This document shows positions 1-9,896 of a stretch of DNA of 64,000 nt, piece after piece. Made by a program: the position numbers and the translations under genes. Origin of the DNA: Opitutia bacterium (GTDB taxonomy: Bacteria; Verrucomicrobiota; Verrucomicrobiia; Opitutales; Opitutaceae); NCBI GenBank assembly GCA_947478395.1, contig CANJVR010000001.1, forward strand, positions 416,001 through 480,000, read 5' to 3'. Numbering within the stretch: position 1 is the first letter of the stretch; every line of letters starts with the position of its first letter. The notes beneath the pieces were generated by a model that was not told where the DNA came from, made no database searches, and saw only the letters and a program-made list of their open reading frames with translations.

Positions 1-369
1 GTCGGAATAAAAAACGTTTTCCGGTAATTCGCGCACATTTTCAGCAAAGATCCTTCCCGCCACCGCGCTCGTTTCATTATCACCGGTGATAAACAAATTC
101 AGGCGCGGCTCTTGAAAATTCATGGTCCAGGCCGTCAGCTCGTTCCGCGGTCGGGACGCCGTGTGCAGCACGAAGGCGGCAAGCCCGCGCTTGAACAGCG
201 CGTCATGCTCGGGCGCAGGCTTTATCCCGTTCGCGGCGAGGTGCAGATAGTAGTCGACAAAAAGTTCGCTGAGGTGAGCGCGGGCCAGGAGTACATTTCG
301 ACTCCGCACAAAATTCGTGCGGATCTCGAGCCCGGCGTCGGCGGTATTAACCGGAGTAAATTTAGGCAT
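1..369 (-). CDS. Hsp33-family redox chaperone, N-terminal part (runs off the window start)
   Basis: Manual translation from ATG at 369: MPKFTPVNTADAGLEIRTNFVRSRNVLLARAHLSELFVDYYLHL...TAWTMNFQEPRLNLFITGDN..., open to position 1. Resembles verrucomicrobial Hsp33/HslO N-termini from memory; the C-terminal zinc motif lies outside the window. Confidence 0.6.
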   Translation of the reverse strand, partial: MPKFTPVNTADAGLEIRTNFVRSRNVLLARAHLSELFVDYYLHLAANGIKPAPEHDALFKRGLAAFVLHTASRPRNELTAWTMNFQEPRLNLFITGDNETSAVAGRIFAENVRELPENVFYSD

Positions 370-574
370 GACGGGAACGTTAGCTGGAAAAATCCAATGT
401 CGAACGCGGATGCAAACCTGTCCGGCTTTCGTTGATAAACGGAGCGCGCCAGAGCGCTGACCTGCGGGCGGCCGGCTCTTTGGATTTAGCTGGTTCGACC
501 GCGCCGCCAAACTTTGCGGTTTCGGTTTACGCGATTGCCACATCCGGGAAAGGTCTAATGAATCCACCGCACAA

Positions 575-1495
575 ATGGCAAAAAACCCCGCTCTCGCAGT
601 AGAGGAAGAATTCTCCCTTCCGCTTTTCTTGTTCACGGTCATCGCTTCGCTCGCCGGTCTCGTCGTCCTATTGTGGCTGATCGCCCCTAGCGCTGTTTGG
701 TCCGCCCAGATTTCCTCCGGTCCGGGCCGCTTCGTTGCGGTGTTCCTCGGCATCACCATGTTAAACTGCTTCGCCGAATTCGCGTTTCACCGCTACGTGC
801 TGCACAAGCCGGTGGTGCCTTTCCTCAGCCGCTTCTACCGTCAGCACACGCTGCATCACTCGCTGACACGCATCGGCCGCCGCCGCACTCCGGGTGGCAG
901 CGACGTCCCCTTTGTCGAAAACATCTATCCGGTGACGCAGCCTGAGCAAGGCGAGGCTTCGTTTTTTCCTTGGTACACGCTCGCGGTATTTGCCGCGGTC
1001 GTGACTCCGCTGCTGGCGCTCGGGCAATGGCTCGCGCCGGCGTTCCCGTGGTTTTTCGGTGGATATGCCGCCCTGTCCGCGTCGCTCGCGCTCTACGAGA
1101 TTTTCCACGCAATCGAACACTGGTCCTTTGAACGTTGGGCGCCGCTCATCGAACACCCGCAGCTCGGCTGGTTCTGGCGCAAAGCTTACAGCTTCCATCT
1201 CCGGCATCACGCTGTGATCGATTGCAACGAAGCCATCTCCGGCTTCTTCACCCTGCCCGTGGCCGACTGGGTCTTCGGCACATTCATCTTGCCGAAATCG
1301 CTCTACGTCAACGGCTCCGACTGGCAGGCGGCGGATTTCATCAGCCCGCGCCCCTACGCTTTCATCCGCTGGTGTGATGCCAGAACCGACGCGATGGTGA
1401 AAAACCGCCGCCAGACGAAAGCGACCGCCGGCGGAAAGCCCGTCGACGACCTGGAGTCAGCCGGGGCGACCACGACCCGCGCGGGCAACAGTTAA
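575..1495 (+). CDS. Fatty acid hydroxylase / sterol desaturase superfamily membrane protein
   Basis: Hydrophobic segments with histidine boxes HRYVLH, HTLHH, HAIEH and HLRHH, typical of di-iron membrane hydroxylases/desaturases. Confidence 0.7.
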   Translation: MAKNPALAVEEEFSLPLFLFTVIASLAGLVVLLWLIAPSAVWSAQISSGPGRFVAVFLGITMLNCFAEFAFHRYVLHKPVVPFLSRFYRQHTLHHSLTRIGRRRTPGGSDVPFVENIYPVTQPEQGEASFFPWYTLAVFAAVVTPLLALGQWLAPAFPWFFGGYAALSASLALYEIFHAIEHWSFERWAPLIEHPQLGWFWRKAYSFHLRHHAVIDCNEAISGFFTLPVADWVFGTFILPKSLYVNGSDWQAADFISPRPYAFIRWCDARTDAMVKNRRQTKATAGGKPVDDLESAGATTTRAGNS

Positions 1496-1652
1496 AGTTA
1501 AATGGAGCCTGCGGCCAGGACCTGCACGCGGGACCGGTTGAACAAGTTAGCGTCGCGGAGAACGATTGGGCGAATCACGCGGCGCAACTGAAAGCTCCTG
1601 ACCAGCGTTTCGAAGTTATTGCGCTGGCCGGAAAGCAGCACAGGGTCGCGGG

Positions 1653-1907
1653 ATGGATTGTCGCCACGGTTGCGGCGCGTGCTGCATCGCGCCGAGTATC
1701 AGCTCCCCAATTCCGGGCATGCCTCAGGGCAAACCGGCGGGCGTTCGCTGCGTGCAACTGCTCGCAGATTTTCGCTGCGCGCTCTTCGGCCGGCCGGAAC
1801 GACCCGCCGTTTGTCTAAGCCTACGACCGATGGAAGACATGTGCGGAACAACCCGCGGGGACGCGCTGGCCTTTCTCGTCGCGCTTGAAATTGCAACGGC
1901 ACCTTGA
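1653..1907 (+). CDS. YkgJ/YeiW-family cysteine-cluster protein
   Basis: CRHGCGACCIAPSISSPIPGMPQGKPAGVRCVQL...C..FGRPERPAVC signature. Confidence 0.85.
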   Translation: MDCRHGCGACCIAPSISSPIPGMPQGKPAGVRCVQLLADFRCALFGRPERPAVCLSLRPMEDMCGTTRGDALAFLVALEIATAP

Positions 1908-2010
1908 CCGCGCCTCCGCGCGAAAAAATATGGCTTCCCACGAGCGCCCACCCTTCCCTCTCTTTCCTCCGGTCTCTTTAGCCGCCGCCGGCCATTCACT
2001 CACTCAGGCC

Positions 2011-2925
2011 ATGAAACGGATAATTTTTCTGCTCGCGAGCTGCCTGCTCGCCCTCGCCCCAGCGATGGGCGCCGACAAACCGGCCGCTGGCTCGAAAGTG
2101 CAGCGCGGCTTGGAGGTGCTAATCGCGGCCGACGCCATCGCGTCCCCCGAAGGCTTCCGGCCGGAACCAGGCCATCCCATTCATTATGTTTTTGGCCAGA
2201 GCCGTCTCACGATCGGCGATCCGGTCGCGGGCGTTAAGCTCCCCGAACCCGCCGCGGTCGAGCAGGCCGTCACGGCTGAACTCGCCAAACAAGGATTCGT
2301 TCGCACTAAAGTCGGCGGTCCGATGCCGGAGCTTTTCATCCTGGCCATTGTCGGCGACGCCAATTTTGAGGAACCGACCTCAGACCCCGCCGAGATGGAG
2401 CCTTACATCGCATTGGTAAACCAGCGGCGCATCGTCCAGGATCATCCCGAAGCTCAAAGCAATCCGGACCTGCTCGAACAATTGATCTACAACGAAGCGA
2501 TTCGCATTCGCTATCAGCAAAGCCTCCGGTTGGCCGACAAACCAAAAATCGAAGCGCTGTTAGGGGCGACCAAGGTAACGCGCGCGGTGAAGAACGGAAC
2601 GATGATGCCGGATGCCGCCGACCGCGTGGCCTGGGCGGCGTACGAGAATCGCTACTATGTTTCGGTCAATGCCTTCGACGCGGCGAAATACGCGAAGAAG
2701 GAAAAGGTGCTGCTGTGGCGCACCAACCTGTTCATCGACTGGCGCAACGATCTGGCTCTGGCCCTGCCGGCGATGCTGGCGCAGGCCGGGCCCCTATTTG
2801 GAACCGACGTGGCCGTGCCAACGTTTGTCGACGACCGCGATCGCAAGAAGGCTGACGTCAAGATCGGCGAAGCCACGGTGGTGCCGGATGCTAAGACCGC
2901 CGTGCCGGTGGAGACCAAAAAGTAG
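2011..2925 (+). CDS. Hypothetical secreted protein
   Basis: ATG 2011 starts a signal-peptide-like MKRIIFLLASCLLALAPAMG; long ORF with coding-like codon use. Confidence 0.65.
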   Translation: MKRIIFLLASCLLALAPAMGADKPAAGSKVQRGLEVLIAADAIASPEGFRPEPGHPIHYVFGQSRLTIGDPVAGVKLPEPAAVEQAVTAELAKQGFVRTKVGGPMPELFILAIVGDANFEEPTSDPAEMEPYIALVNQRRIVQDHPEAQSNPDLLEQLIYNEAIRIRYQQSLRLADKPKIEALLGATKVTRAVKNGTMMPDAADRVAWAAYENRYYVSVNAFDAAKYAKKEKVLLWRTNLFIDWRNDLALALPAMLAQAGPLFGTDVAVPTFVDDRDRKKADVKIGEATVVPDAKTAVPVETKK

Positions 2926-3087
2926 CGCGCGACCACCGGCGCCGCCGAGCTGACTTCAAGCGGTCCCGCTTGAGACGGGTGCCCAACGGGCGGGATGGGT
3001 GCGCCCCCGGCGCCAACCAAAAACCGCCGTCCCAAACCCCCGGGTTAGTTCGCTTGCCGGATTTACGGCGCGCGCTTGAGTCACCGC

Positions 3088-4776
3088 ATGGCCCGACCCG
3101 AAGAAGCCCCGAAGATCATTTTCTCCATGCTCGGCGTCTCGAAGAAAATCGAGCGCAAGGAAATCCTCCGCGACATCTCGCTGTCATTTTACTACGGCGC
3201 CAAGATCGGCGTCCTCGGGTTCAATGGCTCCGGCAAATCCTCGCTGCTCCGCATCCTCGCCGGCCGAGACACCGAGATCGACGGCCGCCTGCACTTCGAG
3301 CCGGGCTACTCCATCGGCTTCCTCGAACAGGAACCGCACCTCACCGCCGGCGCCACCGTGCGCGCCTGCATCGAGGAAGGCGTGAAACATCTCACCGATC
3401 TCACCGCCGCTTACGACGCCACCTGGGACGAACTCAGCGCGGCCGAAACCGACGCGCAAAAAGACGTCATCGCCACGAAGCAGGGCGAATTGCAGGAAAA
3501 AATCGACGCCCTCGGCGCCTGGGATGTCACCCCGCAAGTCGAGATGGCGATGGACGCGCTGCGTTGTCCACCAGGCGAACAGATCGTCGATAACCTCTCC
3601 GGTGGCGAACGCCGGCGCGTGGCGCTCGCGCGGCTTTTGCTGAAGAAGCCCGCCATTCTGTTACTCGACGAACCCACCAACCATCTCGACGCCGAGAGCG
3701 TACACTGGCTCGAACAGCATCTCGCGCGCTACGAGGGCACCGTCATCGCCGTGACGCACGACCGTTATTTCTTGGATAACGTTGCGCAGTGGATTCTGGA
3801 GTTGAGCCACGGTCACGGGATTCCGTGGAAGGGGAACTACTCCTCGTGGCTCGAGCAGAAACAGGCGCGCTTGGGCGTCGAGCAGCGCACCGAGGACAAG
3901 CGACAAAAAGCGATGGCGCGCGAACTCGCATGGATTCGACAGTCGGCGAAAGCGCGCGTCGCGAAATCGCAGGCTCGCATCAGCGCCTACGAGTCGATGG
4001 TGAAGGAAAACAATCCCGAGAAGGAAAAGGAATTCGAGCTGCTCATCCCGCCCGGGCCTCGGCTCGGCTCGCTCGTCGTCGAGGCAAAAGATCTCGGGAA
4101 AAGTTACGGCGACCGCGTGCTTTTCGAGGGCGTGAATTTCTCGCTGCCCCCGGGCGGTATCGTCGGCGTGATCGGGCCCAACGGCGCGGGCAAGACGACG
4201 ATGTTTCGGTTGATCACGAACGCAGAAAACGCCGATACCGGTGAGCTACGCGTCGGTCCAACGGTAAAAATCGCCCACGTCGACCAGTCGCGCGACTCGC
4301 TGCCGGATGCGCAGACGATTTTCCAAGCGATCAGCGACGGCGAAGAAATCCTCAAGCTGGGTAATCGCGAAATCAACGCCCGCGCCTACTGCGCACAGTT
4401 CGGATTCACCGGCGCGGACCAGCAGAAAAAAGTCGGCGTGCTTTCCGGCGGCGAACGCAACCGCGTGCATCTGGCCCGATTGCTCAAAAGCGGCGCGAAC
4501 CTGATTCTCCTCGACGAACCGACCAACGATCTCGACGTGAACTCAATCCGCTCGCTGGAGGAAGGGCTGGAGAATTTCGCGGGCTGCGCGGTCGTCGTCT
4601 CCCATGATCGCTGGTTTCTCGATCGCGTGGCGACGCACATCCTCGCTTTCGAAGGCGACAGCCAGGTGCACTGGTTCAATGGCAACTACTCGAGCTACCT
4701 CGAAGACTTCCGGCGCCGCAAAGGCAAGGAAGCGGACCAGCCGCATCGAATCAAATACCGGAAACTCACACGATAG
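3088..4776 (+). CDS. ettA: Energy-dependent translational throttle protein EttA (ABC-F)
   Basis: Two ABC domains (GFNGSGKS, GPNGAGKT, LSGGE twice), 'ILRDISLSFYYGAKIGVLG' and C-terminal 'PHRIKYRKL' typical of EttA/YjjK. Confidence 0.95.
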   Translation: MARPEEAPKIIFSMLGVSKKIERKEILRDISLSFYYGAKIGVLGFNGSGKSSLLRILAGRDTEIDGRLHFEPGYSIGFLEQEPHLTAGATVRACIEEGVKHLTDLTAAYDATWDELSAAETDAQKDVIATKQGELQEKIDALGAWDVTPQVEMAMDALRCPPGEQIVDNLSGGERRRVALARLLLKKPAILLLDEPTNHLDAESVHWLEQHLARYEGTVIAVTHDRYFLDNVAQWILELSHGHGIPWKGNYSSWLEQKQARLGVEQRTEDKRQKAMARELAWIRQSAKARVAKSQARISAYESMVKENNPEKEKEFELLIPPGPRLGSLVVEAKDLGKSYGDRVLFEGVNFSLPPGGIVGVIGPNGAGKTTMFRLITNAENADTGELRVGPTVKIAHVDQSRDSLPDAQTIFQAISDGEEILKLGNREINARAYCAQFGFTGADQQKKVGVLSGGERNRVHLARLLKSGANLILLDEPTNDLDVNSIRSLEEGLENFAGCAVVVSHDRWFLDRVATHILAFEGDSQVHWFNGNYSSYLEDFRRRKGKEADQPHRIKYRKLTR

Positions 4777-4943
4777 CACGGCGCGCGTCCAAAACCTAAA
4801 ATAGCGCGAGACTTCAGCCCGCGTTCCGGTTTTCTTTTCGCGCGCGAGTACGCCCTAAACACCCCGCCCTGAGAGGTGCGTAGCGTCGCCCAGTGGTATT
4901 TGATTCCCTGGAATACGTTCGTAACTCTTACCTTTCACCACCC

Positions 4944-5540
4944 ATGATCCGTTTCATCCTTCCACTCTGCCTGTTCGCGCTTCTCCCCTCTTCCATGACC
5001 CAAGCCGCTGAAACAAAAACCGAATCCATCGTCCTCGGTGGCGGGTGCTTCTGGTGCACCGAGGCCGCCTATAAACTGCTGCCCGGCGTCAAAGGCGCGA
5101 CCTGCGGTTACGCCGGCGGCGACGAGCCGAATCCGACCTACGAGCAGGTCTGCGCGCACGCAACCGGTCATGCCGAGGTCGTAAAAATCGACTACGATCC
5201 ATCGGTCGTGACGCTGGACCGCTTGCTAGAATATTTCTGGCAGGTCCACAACCCGACGCAGGTCGGCGGCCAAGGCAATGACCACGGCCCGCAGTATCGC
5301 TCGATTATCCTGCCCGCAAACGCCGCGCAAAAAGCCGCCGCCGAGAAATCGAAAGCGGAAGCCGGTAAAATTTTCCGCGACAAGCTCACGACCGAGATCG
5401 TCGCGTTAACAAAATTCTGGCCGGCCGAGAGCTATCACCAGGATTACTTCACGAAAAATCCAAACGCCGGCTACTGTTCCTTCGTGATCGCGCCGAAAAT
5501 CAAGAAGCTTCAGCACGCGCTGGAAGACGCGAAGAAATGA
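4944..5540 (+). CDS. msrA: Peptide-methionine (S)-S-oxide reductase, probably exported
   Basis: GGGCFWC active site, GHAEVV, AESYHQDY; N-terminal signal-like segment. Confidence 0.93.
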   Translation: MIRFILPLCLFALLPSSMTQAAETKTESIVLGGGCFWCTEAAYKLLPGVKGATCGYAGGDEPNPTYEQVCAHATGHAEVVKIDYDPSVVTLDRLLEYFWQVHNPTQVGGQGNDHGPQYRSIILPANAAQKAAAEKSKAEAGKIFRDKLTTEIVALTKFWPAESYHQDYFTKNPNAGYCSFVIAPKIKKLQHALEDAKK

Positions 5541-5920
5541 GCGCCTCAAAAATGTTGGCGCGGCGCCCCTACCCGCAGCGAGCGAATCGTTCTGTTCGTC
5601 GGAAGAGCCCGCGTGTTTTTCATGTCGACGGAAAAACCCCTGCGGCGAAGCGTTAATTCATTTAATTGAAACTGCTTAAGTCAGCCATCCGGAACCTCAA
5701 AAAGAGTGAATTTGGCCGCCAGCTTCTGACCCGCGAAAATCATGGCACCCAACAGGGCATGTCGTGATTTTCGTCGGAAAGCGGCTTGAATGACAAATCC
5801 CAGCGAGAATTCATCGATTCCGGACCAATATTCAGGCGGAATTGGAAAAGGCGAAAATCGGTGCGATTTGGGCTTTACGGGCTTTGACGCGCACCGATTT
5901 CCTACTAAACCTCACTTTCC

Positions 5921-6382
5921 ATGAAGCCCCTCAAGGTTCCATCCCTGGAGCTTTTTCTCCACGAAATGATCCCACTTGCGAAGGCAATGGGCGTCGGCGT
6001 GGAGGTCAGCGACGAGCGGGCTTTGACGCTCACGGCGCCCAAGGAGCAGAATAAAAATTCCCTCAACACCGCATTCGGCGGCAGTCTCGTGTCCCTCGCC
6101 ACGCTCGCTGGGTATGGCGTCGTTTGGGAGCTGATGAAGAACGAAAAGGGGGCCGAAAAACCCGAATGGAGCATCGTTGTTAAAGAAAGCCGCGCCGCGT
6201 ACCGGCGACCGGTGATCGGCGACCTCCGCGCGATTTGCGAACGTCCGGCGCAGGCTGCCATCGCCGAGTTCAAGGAAGCGCTCGGCCGCTACGGCAAGGC
6301 GAAGCTCAAACTTCGTGCCCGCGTGATCGAAAAAGGCGAAACCGCCGTCGATGTGACCGCGGCATTTGTCGTCACCCGGTAG
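5921..6382 (+). CDS. Hotdog-fold thioesterase (YiiD C-terminal-like)
   Basis: 'IPLAKAMG...APKEQNKNSLNTAFGGSL' matches the YiiD_C pattern. Confidence 0.8.
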   Translation: MKPLKVPSLELFLHEMIPLAKAMGVGVEVSDERALTLTAPKEQNKNSLNTAFGGSLVSLATLAGYGVVWELMKNEKGAEKPEWSIVVKESRAAYRRPVIGDLRAICERPAQAAIAEFKEALGRYGKAKLKLRARVIEKGETAVDVTAAFVVTR

Positions 6383-6469
6383 TGTCCTCCGCGTGAAAGC
6401 CGTCGTTTACGGCTTCACGTTCATACTGGTGGCTCTCCTCACCCGAGCTCAGATCGCGGCGGCACTGAG

Positions 6470-6560
6470 GTAGGGCGGGTTATCCTCAAACCGCCGGTGC
6501 GACCCGGCTCACACAAGCGATCGAAATCAAGGGGGCGCGCCCGGGAGAACGCGCCCTAAC
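6470..6560. repeat. GTAG-type REP-like inverted repeat
   Basis: TAGGGCGGGTTATCC pairs with GGAGAACGCGCCCTA; lies between convergent genes; related copy at 28431-28521. Confidence 0.55.
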
Positions 6561-6576
6561 CGACTTGCGGCGTCCC

Positions 6577-6948
6577 TCAGATGTGCTTCGAGTCCGTCTC
6601 GTCTTTTTTCACGTAGCCGCTCTCCTGCCGTTGGTGATTGACCGCGTTTTTCTTGAGGTAGGCTTGGTAAACGTCTTCCGCCGTCATGCCCAGAGTCTGA
6701 GCGAGCGACACGAGAAAATGAAACAGGTCCACGACTTCGACTTTGGCGTTTTGCTCATCGAATTTCTGGTACTTCGCCCACCACTTCCAAGGCACGCTGT
6801 CGATCAGCTCCGCCGTTTCCTGCTGCATCGCCCGGGTATAGTTGAGAATCCACTTGGCCTTTTCTTCGTCGGTGGGCGGCGGCAAGCTGACCCCGATGCG
6901 CTGGTTGAGCGCGTCCTGCATGCGGAAAATCTCCTCGAGTTTGTCCAT
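6577..6948 (-). CDS. Dimeric all-alpha dUTPase (dUTPase_2 family)
   Basis: MDKLEEIFRMQDALN...ETAELIDSVPWKWW...EVVDLFHF...YLKKNAVNHQRQESGY. Confidence 0.85.
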   Translation of the reverse strand: MDKLEEIFRMQDALNQRIGVSLPPPTDEEKAKWILNYTRAMQQETAELIDSVPWKWWAKYQKFDEQNAKVEVVDLFHFLVSLAQTLGMTAEDVYQAYLKKNAVNHQRQESGYVKKDETDSKHI

Positions 6949-7163
6949 GCTTGCGACCTTGCAAACGCGTTTCGCGAGAGGCAAGCCCGCCTTGCGCAAT
7001 CGAGGAGGATTACGCGGCGCGACTGGAATTAGCAGTTGCTCCAGCGAAAGTTTCGTTTGACTTTGAATCTTTAACGTCCGCGTCGAGCGCTTCCCGCGTT
7101 CCGCAGGCGTCATTCCAACCCGTCGCTCCCGTTTTCGGTGAGCGCGATAACACACACCACACC

Positions 7164-8279
7164 ATGACAGATCCAGATACGTCCGGCGCTCCCGCCGCGA
7201 CTGACGCCGCGCCCAGTGCCGGCAACACCACCCAGCCGTTCGGGTCGTTCGGCTCCACCCGCGGCTCCGGCCTCGCGCGTGGCAAACGCCCCAGCATGCC
7301 CACCGCCACCTCCGCCGCGGCTCCCGTCGCCGGCGACTACAAACCCAGCTCCCTCGAGGTCATCACCTCAAAGAGCGAATACAAGAATCCGTTCGCGCGC
7401 GAAGAACCGGCCAGCGCGGTCGTGACGCCACCAGCAACCGTCGAAGCCAGCGCACCCGCGCCCGCCGCATTCGTTCCGACCCCTCCGGCGCCCGCGCCCG
7501 CGCCGATCAGCGCGAAGCCAGTCCCGGTAACGCCGTCCGTTGCTCCTGCGAGGGAAAAAGCCGAGCTGAACATCCTGCCTCCGGCCGAGCCCAAACGTCC
7601 GGCTACGAGCTGGGAAAACAACTCCGCTGATCAGCGTTCGGCACGCAGCGAAGAACGTCCGACTTTTCGCCCAGCCCCCCGCGAGGCTCGGCCCAGCGAA
7701 CCGTTTCAAGCCCGCGAACCGGCCGCCGACAGCCGTTTCAACGCCCGCGAACCGCGCCGTGATGAAGGTCAACGTTCCGCGCAGCCACGGCGCGACGATC
7801 AATTCCGCCGCGAGCCCCGCGGCGACTCCCCGCGCGAAAATCGCGCGTCCGCACCCGCTCCCGCCCAACCCGCCAAGTCCGGCGGCTTTTTCGGTTGGCT
7901 GAAAGGCCTCTTCGGCGGCAAATCCGCGACTCCCGTCGCGGCCCCGTCAGGCCATTCGTCCCGCGACGGCGATCAGGGCCGCGAGGGTTACGAAGGCGGC
8001 CGGCGCCGCAATCGTCGCGGTGGACGCGGCCGGAATAGCGGCGGCGGCCATCAAGGCGGCGGTGAACGCCAAGGCGGTTACACGCCGCGGCCCGAGGGCG
8101 AAGGCCACGGACATTCCCACGGCGAGCACCGAGGCGAGCAGCGTCATGATGGCCAGGGCGAATCTCGCGGCCGCCGCCAGCGCGGCGGGCGTGGACGCGA
8201 CCGTGGCGGAGATCGCGGTGGCGACCGAGGCGGCTATAATCCCCGTCCCGAAGGCCAGCAAGGCGGCGGCGCGATTTAA
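7164..8279 (+). CDS. Low-complexity Pro/Ala- then Arg/Gly-rich disordered protein with an amphipathic helix
   Basis: Long ORF from ATG 7164; Pro/Ala-rich N-half, KSGGFFGWLKGLFGG, then RRRNRRGGRGR and GGDR repeats. Confidence 0.7.
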   Translation: MTDPDTSGAPAATDAAPSAGNTTQPFGSFGSTRGSGLARGKRPSMPTATSAAAPVAGDYKPSSLEVITSKSEYKNPFAREEPASAVVTPPATVEASAPAPAAFVPTPPAPAPAPISAKPVPVTPSVAPAREKAELNILPPAEPKRPATSWENNSADQRSARSEERPTFRPAPREARPSEPFQAREPAADSRFNAREPRRDEGQRSAQPRRDDQFRREPRGDSPRENRASAPAPAQPAKSGGFFGWLKGLFGGKSATPVAAPSGHSSRDGDQGREGYEGGRRRNRRGGRGRNSGGGHQGGGERQGGYTPRPEGEGHGHSHGEHRGEQRHDGQGESRGRRQRGGRGRDRGGDRGGDRGGYNPRPEGQQGGGAI

Positions 8280-8437
8280 TCGCAGCCCCCGTTAAAACTT
8301 GCCAACGCGCACCTCGGTGCGCGCATTCCCTAGGCGTCCGTTTCCGCGGACGCCTTTTTTGCGCCCCGCGCAAATCCTCCGAAGCTCTAGCGAAGGAGGA
8401 ACGCACCCTCACTTTTTCCCAGCCTCCCGATCCGAAT

Positions 8438-9727
8438 ATGGCCGATCTCATCGTCAACGGCGGTCGCCCGCTCAGCGGCACCATCACGCCGTCCGGCAAC
8501 AAAAATTCCGTCCTGCCGATCTTCTGCGCGACGCTCCTCACCGACGAGCCGGTAACGTTGCAAAACGTCCCCGACATCACTGATCTCGACAAGCTCGTCA
8601 CGTTTTTCCGCGCGCAGGGTTCAAAAATCGACTGGGACCGCGCCTCCGGCGTGATGCGCGTGGACCACTCCGGTTTCCGCAGCGGCCTCGACGGTGACGA
8701 GCTGCCGCAGGACATGCGCTCGACCGTGTTACTGTACCCGGCGCTGCTTCACCGCCTCCGCCAGCTGACGATCCGCGCGAACACCAAGGGCTGTTCCCTC
8801 GGCGTTCGTGAGATTGACCCCCATCTCGAAATCCTCCGCGCGCTCGGCACGGTGATCAACGACGGCGAATCGCTCGTCCTCGCGTTGCCCAGCGGTTTCA
8901 CCGGCGCGCGGCACTGGTGCGACTATATGTCGGTGACGGTCACGGAAAACTTCGCCATGGCGGCCGCGATCGCGCAAGGCCGCTCCACGCTCATCAACGC
9001 CGCGAGCGAACCGCACGTGCAGGATCTCTGCGCGGCGCTCATCGCGATGGGCGCAAAAATCGACGGCCTCGGCACCTCGATGTTGCAGATCACCGGCGTC
9101 AAAAAATTACATGGCGCTACGATCAAAATCGGGACCGATTACCACGAGGTCGTCACGTTCCTCGCGCTCGGAGCCATTACCGGCGGCGAGGTGAGCGTCG
9201 TAAATTCGGTGCCGCATCACTTTGACCTCATCGCGCGTGCCTTTGCGAAACTCGGAGTCACGATTGAACATGAAGGCACCACCGCCATCGTGCGGCGCAA
9301 CCAGTCGCTCAAAATCCAACAACCGTTCACAAGCAACCTCCTCCCCAAGATCGAGGCCGCCCCGTGGCCGTATTTTTCCGTGGATCTTTTGCCGCTGTTG
9401 ATCGCGCTCAGCACCCGCGCCGAAGGGACGATTCATTTCTGGAACAAGGTCTACGAAAATGGTTTTTCGTGGATTCCCGAACTCGCAAAATTCGGCGCGC
9501 ACGCACTCGTAAGCGATCCGCATCGTATCGTGGTTTTTGGCAACCGCCCGCTGCGTCCGGCGATCGTCGATTCGCCCTACGTGATTCGCGCCGCCGTGGC
9601 GCTGACCATGGTCGCGGCCTCGATTCCAGGCCATTCGACCGTGCGCAACGCCGAGATTATTAAACGCGCCCATCCCCGCTTCGTCGAAAACCTCCGCTCG
9701 CTTGGTGCGGAGCTCGAATGGAAATGA
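8438..9727 (+). CDS. murA: UDP-N-acetylglucosamine 1-carboxyvinyltransferase
   Basis: SGNKNSVLP, catalytic Cys loop GCSLGVREID.H, NAASEPHV.DL. Confidence 0.92.
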   Translation: MADLIVNGGRPLSGTITPSGNKNSVLPIFCATLLTDEPVTLQNVPDITDLDKLVTFFRAQGSKIDWDRASGVMRVDHSGFRSGLDGDELPQDMRSTVLLYPALLHRLRQLTIRANTKGCSLGVREIDPHLEILRALGTVINDGESLVLALPSGFTGARHWCDYMSVTVTENFAMAAAIAQGRSTLINAASEPHVQDLCAALIAMGAKIDGLGTSMLQITGVKKLHGATIKIGTDYHEVVTFLALGAITGGEVSVVNSVPHHFDLIARAFAKLGVTIEHEGTTAIVRRNQSLKIQQPFTSNLLPKIEAAPWPYFSVDLLPLLIALSTRAEGTIHFWNKVYENGFSWIPELAKFGAHALVSDPHRIVVFGNRPLRPAIVDSPYVIRAAVALTMVAASIPGHSTVRNAEIIKRAHPRFVENLRSLGAELEWK

Positions 9728-9896
9728 ACCTAAAACGATAAGAAGAGCCGGATGACGCGGAAAGATGCGAAGGCGGCAAAGTTCGGGGCGTGGTAATTAA
9801 TTTTTTGAGCGCCCGGCCCGTCAACGATTTCATCTCAACCCTTTCCTTCCCTAGCGTCTTTGCGCTTAATCCGCCCTCGCTCGACCTTGATCCTTC

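Noticed and set aside
112..435. 107-aa plus-strand ORF
   Set aside because: Antisense to the more convincing minus-strand gene starting at 369.
5541..5920. AT-richer 380-bp gap after msrA
   Set aside because: No convincing ORF, stem set or motif; probably promoter sequence.
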